From NCBI GenBank assembly GCA_965242925.1, contig CBDEUM010000030.1:192001-256000 (forward strand): a stretch of DNA of 64,000 bases, read 5' to 3'. Of the stretch, positions 9,838 through 18,801 are shown in pieces. This DNA comes from Roseibacillus sp. (lineage in GTDB: Bacteria; Verrucomicrobiota; Verrucomicrobiia; Verrucomicrobiales; Akkermansiaceae). Position 1 is the stretch's first letter; each line of letters opens with the position of its first letter. A program made the translations under genes and the position numbers. A model generated the notes under the pieces. That model worked only from the letters and a program-made list of their open reading frames with translations. It made no database searches and was not told the DNA's origin.

Positions 9838-10611
9838 TTGAGCATTCCAGCTTTGAACTGGGCCAAGGAAGACTGCAAGGCTCGCGGTTCCTTGCGGGGA
9901 ATCATCATGGTGCTTGCTGACCATGCCTCTCCAAAACCCACCCAGGGAACCGGGGATTTTCATGTCTGCTGGACGGGGCAGAAAACAATAGCCAGAGAGT
10001 CCGGATGGTCCGTGAGGTGCGTTGAGGACAACATTCCCAAACTAGCCAAGCACGACATCAAGGTTCTTCCCAGGCGGGTGCCAACGCCAAACGGAGCATG
10101 CAACCTTTACGTCTTTCCAATCAGTGATTCCCTAGAGGTTCCCACGGCATACGTGGAAACTGACGAGAAGGTTCCCACATCTGGTGCTGAGGTTCCCACG
10201 ACTCGCACGGAGGTTCCCACATCTCACGCAGAAGTTCCCACGGGTCCTGCGGGTAAACCCAAACCTAAACCCAAAGAGGAACCAGAATTAAAACCCAGTC
10301 CATCCAGCGAGCGAGCTACTGCTGAAGACGTTAATCTTCTTTGTAAGGAAACCACAGAAGGGGTTCTCTGGAAAGATGCGGGGGTTGGGCCGGGTTCGGC
10401 ATGTACGCTCAATGATCTATTTCTTAAAATCCAGACCTTGAAGAACCTGCTCCCTGAGCAGCGATGCAGAGCGCACCAAATCGCTCGCAAGGTCTGGGCG
10501 GACACTGATGGCGGCAAGCACCTCAGCGGCAAGCCTGTGAGGGACCTACAGGCAGTCCTGATGACCCGGCTCCAGAGTGAAGGTGTGATTAAGAAGAAGC
10601 GGAGGAAATGA
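9838..10611 (+). CDS. Phage-type replication initiator (N-terminal HTH, lambda O-like architecture)
   Basis: TTG with strong RBS; MSIPALNWA...LADHA...CWTGQKTIARESGWSVRCV matches HTH_36-like initiators; internal repeats encode EVPT. Confidence 0.75.
   Translation: MSIPALNWAKEDCKARGSLRGIIMVLADHASPKPTQGTGDFHVCWTGQKTIARESGWSVRCVEDNIPKLAKHDIKVLPRRVPTPNGACNLYVFPISDSLEVPTAYVETDEKVPTSGAEVPTTRTEVPTSHAEVPTGPAGKPKPKPKEEPELKPSPSSERATAEDVNLLCKETTEGVLWKDAGVGPGSACTLNDLFLKIQTLKNLLPEQRCRAHQIARKVWADTDGGKHLSGKPVRDLQAVLMTRLQSEGVIKKKRRK
10135..10241 (+). repeat. Iteron array, putative origin of the element
   Basis: GTTCCCAC at 10138, 10171, 10192, 10213, 10234 (spacing 33,21,21,21), followed by an A-rich tract. 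Confidence 0.7.
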
Positions 10612-10871
10612 CACAATCCACGCGGATTTTGGCAGGTCATTATCTGACAGGAGGCACGTGGAATAAGTGGTGGTTCCTTGTTTTGGAATGGCCCATGAAA
10701 TTCTCCCCCCATGCCCCCCGCATCGCACCCTCGATTGCGGCCGGTAGGGTTCCCATTGCCTCAGATTTGGGCCCGGCCCGCTGGTGAACGTCACGGGATT
10801 ACGGCCCTGAGGAATACCTTGGCGGCATTGGAGGCTACTGGGGCGGCCGGAACTGTCAGTAACTCGCGGCG

Positions 10872-13800
10872 TTACGGCGTTCCTTCGGGAACATCGGTCA
10901 CCCAGGGATAGAGGCTGAAGCGGTAACGATAGATCGCGGCCTCGCTGTCACGAGCCAGAGTAGACCCGATTTGTAGTCCCTCGCTGGTGAGCCAATTCGC
11001 GTTCAAACCGCCGTAGTTGGCACCAATAGTAACCCAGGCGCGATCCTCACCCGCGGTGCTACGCTGAAGCTCCACCATCACGTCCGGCGGCAGACCTGCG
11101 AGATCGACAGCCTGAACGAGAACGTCCGAATCGGTGACCCCCACCGAAAAAGGAATGCGGGGAGCGCTGTCGGGATCGAGCGGATCCCGGTCGAAGATAT
11201 ATTCCAACAGGTTCACGTTACCATCGCGATCCGGATCGGACAACGCTCCACTAATTGCGAGATCGTCAAGCTGAGCTTGGTCGAACGTCCGCGCCCGCCA
11301 GGTTGCCATTGGGCTCATGAGGTCCAACCGAATGGGCAGGCGGAAAAACTTGTCCGGTTCCAATGTGGGAGAAAATTCGACGACAAAACGATCCGACCCG
11401 ACCAGCGGCACGGTAACTTTATCGGGTGCGTCGGAATAAGTGGCTTGCCAACTGTCAACCAAGCGCAGCAGCGTTATGGTTCCACTGGCCGGTTCTTCCA
11501 CTACCGTGACCGAGAAATAGGGTGGAATCGGCAAAGAAAAGTGCTCTGTTGCAGGCAGTCCAGCAGTTATGGGAGGCTGGAGTGTTCCACGTAAACTGGT
11601 TGCCCATATATAAAACTTGATTGGGTTCGACACGCCGGCCTCGGTGGTCACCTGGTAACTGAGAGAAGTGACTCCCGTAAAATCGGGAGTGGGGTGAAAA
11701 CGAAAATCTCCCGTCTGAGGATCAACATCGAGGACAGTTCCCTCGGCCTGCGAATCATCGACGACCAGATCGAGGATCTCCCGGTAGGGAGCCCCATTTT
11801 CATCAAACAATCCGTCGTTGCTGTACAGGTTGTGGTGAAGCGTACTTGTATCAAAGATGGTAGTAGGATCCGCAACAAACCAGTCCGGTTCCCCGGCGAC
11901 CCTGGTCGAGCCAGGACCCACCTCGATAGCCACCACCGCTTCCTCCATTCTGACCAGCTGGAGGCTGTCCAGTTGGAAGCCCAGGTCTGAGCTGCTGGGT
12001 GTTATCGGGTTGAGGCCGTTGTGCAGGGAAATCGCCAGACAGTGATTTCCAGCAGAGAGTTCGACTTGATCCACGTTGACGACATGCTCGGCAGTTTCTT
12101 CTGGCCCTCCGGCCCAGGCCTCAGCAGTTCCTTCCGCCATGAGGAAGTAGCCGTCGGGCGCGGTCAACGCCACATGGACACCGGGCTCGAAGGAGCGAAA
12201 GAGCTCCTCGCCATCGAGGTAGGCAATCACGCCGTCATCCCGGCGTATCCGGGCCTCCAGCCGATAAATGCCCGACTCGGCAACCGGGAACATCGCACGC
12301 AGATAGGCTGTATAGCGCCGTTCAGGTTCGGGAAGGCCGAGGTTTATGTCGGGAGCTAAACCGCTCCCTGGTTCGGGAACTAAATTCCCGAGCACACCGT
12401 ATCCTATGGAGCCACCTTGCGCCCGGAGCCACGTTCGGGGCACGTCAAATCCGAGGGTGTTCCACTCCTCATCGAACCCCGGAGTATCCAGCCCGGGGGG
12501 ACGGCCGTCGAGGGGATTGAACGCTCGCCACGTCGATCGAACGTTCAGCACTGGGACCGGTTCACCGAGTTCCACAGCGTAGCTGAAGAGTTCCGTGCCA
12601 ATAAAATTCCGATGCGGTCGATAGCTGAAGGTTCCATCCGGGTTGAAGGTCAGATCCCCGTGCTCGGGGTCACGAGTCACCCAGACTTCACCCGGTAGCG
12701 GATCCGGCAGTCCCGCGTCATTCTGAAGCACACCCGGATGCACCAGCCCATCGGCAACAAGCGTTCTTCCCTGGGCCATGGCATAACCGTCGTCGGCAAG
12801 GTTGGTAACGGGGACGCTACCTGCGTCATTCGGGTCAGATCCTTCCACGATTTCATCCCCGTCATTAAAGCCGTCTCCATCTGTATCTGAGTCATTGGGA
12901 TTGGTGCCATGGACTACAATCTCCTGGTAGTTGGTCAGCCCGTCCCCGTCCGGGTCCCGGCCGTCCCGGTCAAAGTCCGCTCCCACCGTTTGGTTCTCGT
13001 CCATCATAGTCAGGCTGAGCGGGTTATCGGTGCCGGTGGCGTCCCCGGTCCAACCGGTGAAGAGATAGCCGGGGTCAGGGATGGCAGTGAGCGTGGCGCT
13101 GGTGCCGGGGAGGTAGGTTCCAGCACCTCTGATAGTGCCATTTTGTGAATTGCCAATGGCCAGTATCGCGAAAATATGAAGCGGATAAACCCTCACGTGC
13201 CCGGCATTGTCGCCATTTCCATTGTTACCTTCCGCCCCAATAGCCACCCGGTTACCATCAGCACTAAGAGAGACACTCCAACCGCTATAATCGCCAGCGG
13301 CCTCGCCATCGATATCCTGTCCAAGTTGGATCCACGTGTTTCCAGATAATTCATAAATGCGCACGTGCCCGGCAAGGGTGCCATTTCCATCGTTGCCGGG
13401 CGCCCCAATAGCCACCCGGTTACCATCCGCACTAAGAGAGACACTCCAGCCGCTCCCATCGTCAGCGGCCTCGCCCTCGATATCCTGTCCAAGTTGGATC
13501 CACGTGTTGCCAGATAACTCATAGATGCGTACGTGCCCGGGAAGCGCCGAGGGAGACCGGCCCCATCGTTGGGGCGCCCCAATAGCCACCCGGTTACCAT
13601 CAGCACTAAGAGAGACACTATGGCCGCTCTGGTCGTCAGCAGCCTCGCCATCGATATCCTGTCCAAGTTGGATCCACGTGTTGCCAGATAACTCGTAGAT
13701 GCGTACGTGTCCGGCATTGGTGCCATTTTCATCGTTCCAAGGCGCCCCAATAGCCACCCGGTTACCATCAGCACTAAGAGAGACACTATAGCCGCTATCG

Positions 13801-14408
13801 TCGCCAGCGGTCTCGCCATCGATATCCGATCCAAGTTTGATCCAACTGCGTCCAGATAACTCATAGATGCGCACGTGCCCGGCTCGGTCGCCATTTCCAT
13901 CGTTACCGTACGCCCCAATAGCCACCCGGTTACCATCAGCACTAAGAGAGACACTATAGCCGCTAAGGTCGCCAACGGCCTCGCCATCGATATCCTGTCC
14001 AAGTTGGATCCACGTGTTGCCAGATAACTCGTAGATGCGTACGTGCCCGGCATCGGAGCCATTTCCATCGTTGCCGGGCGCCCCAATAGCCACCCGGTTG
14101 CCATCAGCACTAAGAGAGACACGATAGCCGCTCCCATCGTCAGCGGCCTCGCCCTCGATATCCTGTCCAAGTTGGATCCACGTGTTGCCAGATAACTCAT
14201 AGAGGCGTACGTGCCCGGCATCGGAGCCATTTCCATCGTTCCAAGGCGCCCCAATAGCCACCCGGTTGCCATCAGCACTAAGAGAGACACTCTCGCCGCT
14301 CCAATCGCCAGCGGCCTCACCATCGATATCCTGTCCGAGCTGACTTTGCGCTGCGGCACCCTGCACCAAGCAAAGGATCGCAGCCAAAAGTAGGACAATT
14401 GTTTTCAT
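10872..14408 (-). CDS. Large secreted protein: 7 FG-GAP-like propeller blades, InlB B-repeat-like, TSP3-like Ca-binding, two Big_9/cadherin-like and a jelly-roll domain
   Basis: Signal peptide; 7 x ~56-aa repeats QLGQDIDGEAAGDxSGxSVSLSADGNRVAIGAxxNDGNGxxAGHVRIYE; DPDGDGLTNxQE..GTNPNDSDTDGDG; PEHGDLTFNPDGTFSYRP. Confidence 0.85.
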   Translation of the reverse strand: MKTIVLLLAAILCLVQGAAAQSQLGQDIDGEAAGDWSGESVSLSADGNRVAIGAPWNDGNGSDAGHVRLYELSGNTWIQLGQDIEGEAADDGSGYRVSLSADGNRVAIGAPGNDGNGSDAGHVRIYELSGNTWIQLGQDIDGEAVGDLSGYSVSLSADGNRVAIGAYGNDGNGDRAGHVRIYELSGRSWIKLGSDIDGETAGDDSGYSVSLSADGNRVAIGAPWNDENGTNAGHVRIYELSGNTWIQLGQDIDGEAADDQSGHSVSLSADGNRVAIGAPQRWGRSPSALPGHVRIYELSGNTWIQLGQDIEGEAADDGSGWSVSLSADGNRVAIGAPGNDGNGTLAGHVRIYELSGNTWIQLGQDIDGEAAGDYSGWSVSLSADGNRVAIGAEGNNGNGDNAGHVRVYPLHIFAILAIGNSQNGTIRGAGTYLPGTSATLTAIPDPGYLFTGWTGDATGTDNPLSLTMMDENQTVGADFDRDGRDPDGDGLTNYQEIVVHGTNPNDSDTDGDGFNDGDEIVEGSDPNDAGSVPVTNLADDGYAMAQGRTLVADGLVHPGVLQNDAGLPDPLPGEVWVTRDPEHGDLTFNPDGTFSYRPHRNFIGTELFSYAVELGEPVPVLNVRSTWRAFNPLDGRPPGLDTPGFDEEWNTLGFDVPRTWLRAQGGSIGYGVLGNLVPEPGSGLAPDINLGLPEPERRYTAYLRAMFPVAESGIYRLEARIRRDDGVIAYLDGEELFRSFEPGVHVALTAPDGYFLMAEGTAEAWAGGPEETAEHVVNVDQVELSAGNHCLAISLHNGLNPITPSSSDLGFQLDSLQLVRMEEAVVAIEVGPGSTRVAGEPDWFVADPTTIFDTSTLHHNLYSNDGLFDENGAPYREILDLVVDDSQAEGTVLDVDPQTGDFRFHPTPDFTGVTSLSYQVTTEAGVSNPIKFYIWATSLRGTLQPPITAGLPATEHFSLPIPPYFSVTVVEEPASGTITLLRLVDSWQATYSDAPDKVTVPLVGSDRFVVEFSPTLEPDKFFRLPIRLDLMSPMATWRARTFDQAQLDDLAISGALSDPDRDGNVNLLEYIFDRDPLDPDSAPRIPFSVGVTDSDVLVQAVDLAGLPPDVMVELQRSTAGEDRAWVTIGANYGGLNANWLTSEGLQIGSTLARDSEAAIYRYRFSLYPWVTDVPEGTP

Positions 14409-14420
14409 AGCACCGTGACT

Positions 14421-15912
14421 CTACTCCTCCACGACGCGCAGGAACCATCTGGGTCTTGCAGACGGGTTGAAGGAATAGGAGCGTTGGATGATGTCGCCGG
14501 TACCGGTGATGCCCGCTTCCTCGACGCTCCAGTCCCGCAGGTTGGAGGAACTCTCGATCCGGTAGGGCTTACCGCTCTCGGCGGTGAATCCAAGGCTCAG
14601 GGCGTAGAGTTGACCCGGTCGCACGATGAATGTTTCCAACGTCAGATCGAGTGTCAGCGTTTCATCGCCTGGAAGCTGATAAACCCTCACGTGCCCGGCA
14701 CCGCCGCCATTTCCATCGTTATAGATCGCCCCAATAGCCACCCGGGTACCATCAGCACTAAGAGAGACACTATAGCCGCTATCGTCGCCAGCGGTCTCGC
14801 CATCGATATCCGATCCAAGTTTGATCCAACTGCGTCCAGATAACTCATAGATGCGCACGTGCCCGGCACCGCCGCCATTTCCATCGTTAGAGGGCGCCCC
14901 AATAGCCACCCGGTTACCATCAGCACTAAGAGAGACACTATAGCCGCTAAGGTCGCCAGCGGCCTCGCCATCGATATCCTGTCCAAGTTGGATCCACGTG
15001 TTTCCAGATAACTCGTAGATGCGTACGTGCCCGCCACCGCCGCCATTTCCATCGTTTCCTTCCGCCCCAATAGCCACCCGGTTACCATCAGCACTAAGAG
15101 AGACACTATAGCCGCTAAGGTCGCCAGCGGCCTCGCCATCGATATCCTGTCCAAGTTGCATGCTCCCGCGTCTAGATAACTCATAGATGCGTACGTGCCC
15201 GGCATGGAGGCCATTCCCACGGTTATAGGGCGCCCCAATAGCCACCCGGTTACCATCAGCACTAAGGGAGATACTCATGCCGCTCTGGTCGTAAGCGTTC
15301 TCGCCATCAATATCCTGTCCAAGTTGGATCCACCCGCGTCTAGATAACTCATAGATGCGTACGTGCCCGGCATCGGGGCCATTTCCATCGTTCCGGAACG
15401 CCCCAATAGCCACCCGGTTACCATCAGCACTAAGAGAGACACGATAGCCGCTCTGGTCGCCACCGGCCTCGCCATCGATATCCTGTCCAAGTTGGATCCA
15501 CGTGTTTCCAGATAACTCGTAGATGCGCACGTGCCCGACATGTGCCACCGTTCCTGATCGCCCCAATAGCCACCCGGTTACCATCAGCACTAAGAGAGAC
15601 ACTATAGCCGCTCCCATCGTCAGCGGCCTCGCCATCGATATCCTGTCCGAGCTGCACCCAACTGTTTCCAGATAACCCGTAGATGCGTACGTGCCCGGCA
15701 CTGGAGCCATTTTCATCGTTCCGGGGCGCCCCAATAGCCACCCGGTTGCCATCAGCACTAAGAGAGACACTCCTGCCGCTACTGTCGCCAGCGGCCTCGC
15801 CATCGATATCCTGTCCAAGCTGACTTTGCGCTGCGGCACCCTGCACCAAGCAAAGGATCGCAGCCAAAAGCAGGACGCGTGTAAGAAATGTTGCCCTAGC
15901 CGTTCCGGTCAC
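14421..15912 (-). CDS. Secreted 7-blade FG-GAP-like propeller protein, frameshifted near 15540-15560
   Basis: ORF 15430-15912 gives the signal peptide and blades 1-2; ORF 14421-15839 gives blades 3-7 and the C-terminal domain; blade 2 loop is 22 nt rather than 27 nt. Confidence 0.8.
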
Positions 15913-15994
15913 AAGAAGTCCATTAACACTTTCGACACAGGGGTAGCAAAACCTAGCGGTGCAAATTTAGGGCAGGAACGCCAATTCCTTGTTT

Positions 15995-16016
15995 TTTGGG
16001 CACCTATTGGGCACCA
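15995..16016 (+). promoter_or_regulatory. Putative integrase arm-type binding sites (TGGGCACC x2)
   Basis: TTTGGGCACCTATTGGGCACCA matching 7126-7146. Confidence 0.65.
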
Positions 16017-16064
16017 GCCAGAAGCGGCCGGACCCCCGGATTCTCGTAACCCGTTGAGCGCCAG

Positions 16065-16139
16065 TGGAGCCAATGGTCGGATTTGAACCGACGACCTGAT
16101 CATTACGAATGACCTGCTCTACCCCTGAGCTACATTGGC
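16065..16139 (-). tRNA. tRNA-Thr(CGT)
   Basis: GCCAATGTAGCTCAGGGGTAGAGCAGGTCATTCGTAATGATCAGGTCGTCGGTTCAAATCCGACCATTGGCTCCA: full cloverleaf, anticodon CGT, encoded CCA. Confidence 0.97.
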
Positions 16140-16509
16140 TTTTTACTGGCGTTCAGGAGGTTGGGTTGCTTTTGCCCGTCTCCAGCTTGCAAGCGGAGAA
16201 GGGATCGGCACTGGAGATGCCCCCGGACGGCCGCGATTTACCCCCGGCCTGATCTCTTCGCAAGCCTGTATCGGCCGACGCCCCCCCTTTGCCCTCTCTC
16301 CACCGCTGGATCCGCAGGTTTCCCATTGCCCCCCGATTCCCGGGTCCCTCCCCACAGCCAGTCAGTGTCCTCGGCCTGCCACGTTCCGGTCGATTACAAA
16401 AAGGGGCCCGATATGTAATAGCCTGCGGAGATCGGAGCCATTTTGATCTCAATTCGTAAAGGATGACAGTTTTTCGGCTTGGCTGTGTGACCCGGTCAAT
16501 GCCAACCTT

Positions 16510-17151
16510 ATGAAAATGCTTGAATGGTGGCTCAACTTGGAACCCGAAGGGATGCAGACCTTCGTGACGATCGGGGTCGCATCCAGCGCGGTTCTTTTTC
16601 TCCAAATGATCTTCATCCTGGCGGGCGGGGCTTTTGATATTCCTGATTTCGATCTTGATGTCGGGGAAGGAGGAGCCACCGGAATGTTCTCGATCCGGGG
16701 AATCGGAGCCTTCTTCACCGGATTCGGATGGACCGGAGCCGCCATGCTCGACGGGGGAAATTCCCTCCTGATGTCCGTCCTGGCCGCAACCCTCGTGGGG
16801 GTGGCGGTGCTGGTCGGCTTCGTAGGGCTGATGCGCTGGCTCTATAGCCTGCGCTCGGAGGGCACCAAGGACTACAACAACGCCATCAACCAGATCGGCA
16901 GTGTCTATGTTCCCATCCCCCCCCGACGCCAGGGCCTCGGTCAGATCGAAGTTCTCGTCCAGGGGCGCACGACGACCGTCAGGGCGCTCAGCGATAACGA
17001 AGAACGCATCGAGAACCGGACCGCCGTCAAGGTGATCGAACTGGTGGATGAGAGAACGCTCCTCGTGGAGACTCTGAGTCCATCCCCCGGGGAGGACACC
17101 CCGGAAGAGGCAACCGGTCCGGAACCCGGAAACGACGACCCCACCTCCTGA
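16510..17151 (+). CDS. NfeD-like membrane protein (YqiJ/YuaF-type)
   Basis: Three hydrophobic segments plus C-terminal OB-fold-like region (GSVYVPIP..GQIEV); directly upstream of flotillin. Confidence 0.8.
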   Translation: MKMLEWWLNLEPEGMQTFVTIGVASSAVLFLQMIFILAGGAFDIPDFDLDVGEGGATGMFSIRGIGAFFTGFGWTGAAMLDGGNSLLMSVLAATLVGVAVLVGFVGLMRWLYSLRSEGTKDYNNAINQIGSVYVPIPPRRQGLGQIEVLVQGRTTTVRALSDNEERIENRTAVKVIELVDERTLLVETLSPSPGEDTPEEATGPEPGNDDPTS

Positions 17152-17187
17152 CAATCAACAATCAACAATCAACAATCAACAACAACC
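17151..17187 (+). repeat. (ACAATCA)4 ACAACAACC tandem repeat forming the whole intergenic spacer
   Basis: Read directly between the nfeD stop and the flotillin ATG. Confidence 0.9.
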
Positions 17188-18695
17188 ATGAATACAATCG
17201 ACCTCATCTCACCTCTCGCTCAAGCCGGCAGCGGCGGCACCTTCCTGCTAATCGGGATTGTTTCCCTCATCGTTGTGGGCCTCGGAACGCTCGTTTTTTT
17301 CTTTTCACGATACAAGCGCTGTCCCTCGGACCGGATCCTCGTGATCTACGGTAAGACCAAGGGCGGAGGATCCTCCAAGTGTATCCATGGGGGGGCGGCA
17401 TTCGTTGTGCCCCTGTTCCAGGACTTCCAGTTTCTTGATCTCACCCCCATCCCCATTGACATCAAGCTCGAGGGGGCACTTTCCAAGCAGAACATCCGGG
17501 TCACTACCCCCTCCACCTTCACCGTCGGCATCTCCACTGAGCGGGCGTGATGGAGAACGCGGCCGAACGTCTATTGGGGCTCGACCTCAACCAGATCCGA
17601 CTCCTTGGGCAGGATATCATCTTCGGACAGATGCGGGTGGTCATTGCCACCATGGACATTGAGTCCATCAACGCCGACCGTGACCTCCTGATCGAGAAGA
17701 TCACCGCCGGGGTGGAGGTCGAACTGACCAAGATCGGCCTGGGCCTGATCAACGTGAATATCCAGGACGTTACCGACGAGTCCGGTTACATCGAGGCCCT
17801 TGGAAAGGAGGCCGCCGCGCGGGCCATCAATGAGGCCAAGATCAGTGTGGCCCAACAGGAGCGGGATGGTGAGATCGGTAAGAATAACGCCGAACGGGAG
17901 CAGCGCGTGCAGGTCGCTGCCGCCCAGGCAACGGCTGTCGAGGGGGAGAATGTCGCCAAGATCAAGGTGGCGCAATCGGACGCGGCTCGGCGCGAGCGGG
18001 AAGCCGAGGCGGAACGCCTGGCAGGAGCTGCCGAGAAGGTCAAGGCCGCTCAGGCCCTGGAGGAGGCTTACGGATCCGAGCAGAAGGCCGAGAGCGCCCG
18101 TGCCCTGCGGGAGAGGGCCACCCAGCATGCCAACATCGTGATCCCCGCCGAGATCGAGAAGTCCAAGATCGAAACCCTGGCCGAGGCTGAGGCCGAGCAA
18201 ACCCGTCGACTCAAGAAGGGCGAGGCCGACGGCATCCAGTTCGTGATGGAGGCCGAGGCCCGGGGAACCCTCGCCACCCTGCAGAGCAAGGCCCAGGGCT
18301 TCGGGGACATCGTCAAGGCTTCCGGAGGGGGAGCCGATGACGCCACCCTGCTCCTTGTCACCGAACAGTTGCCCGCCCTCATCGAGGAACAGGTGAAGGC
18401 CATTGCCAATCTCAAGATTGACTCCGTCACGGTGTGGGATTCGGGCGGAAAGGGAAAAAACGGGAAGAATGATACCGCGGAATTTGTCTCTGGTCTCGTG
18501 GGGGCATTACCCCCGTTGCATCAGCTCACCCGGAACGTTGGAATCGAGTTGCCTGAGTTCCTGGGCAAACTGACCGATAACCCCGACGAAGCAGCCCGGA
18601 TCATTAAGAAGGCCAAGCAGGTGCCGCCCCCGGAGGCCCCGTTAGAGGTGGTGGAGGACCGCACTGACGATGGGGAGACCCTCGAAACGGAATAA
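17188..18695 (+). CDS. Flotillin/SPFH family protein, split by a 1-nt frameshift near 17541
   Basis: RYKRCPSDRILVIYG..CIHGGAAFV.P in the first ORF; NAAERLLGL..IIFGQMR and AEA-rich coiled coil in the second. Confidence 0.88.
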
Positions 18696-18801
18696 GCGGG
18701 CACATCAGTTGCCCGCCCTGATTCCCCAGGCTGCAAACGGCTAAGCCGGGGTTGGGGAGCCCCCTTTTGGGATAAACGCCCAGGGGGGCACCCTCTTCCT
18801 T

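Larger units (their letters stand above)
6967..16109. mobile_element. Integrative element (satellite/PICI-like or IME) inserted in tRNA-Thr(CGT)
   Basis: Flanking att direct repeats, integrase next to one att, xis/ssb/rep module, arm-type repeats at both ends. Confidence 0.9.

Noticed and set aside
7214..10611. Complete prophage
   Set aside because: No terminase, portal, capsid, tail or lysis genes between the att sites
13190..15870. Diversity-generating retroelement behind the variable repeats
   Set aside because: No reverse transcriptase or Avd in the window, no non-coding template repeat, and the differences are not restricted to adenines
13190..15870. CRISPR array (conserved repeat plus variable spacer pattern)
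   Set aside because: The period is ~168 bp, in frame, and encodes protein blades; no cas genes
17535..17550. Flotillin as two separate genes or a phase-variable locus
   Set aside because: A single missing base (GAG-[C]CG-GGC-GTG) restores one continuous SPFH ORF; no slippery tract; probably an assembly error
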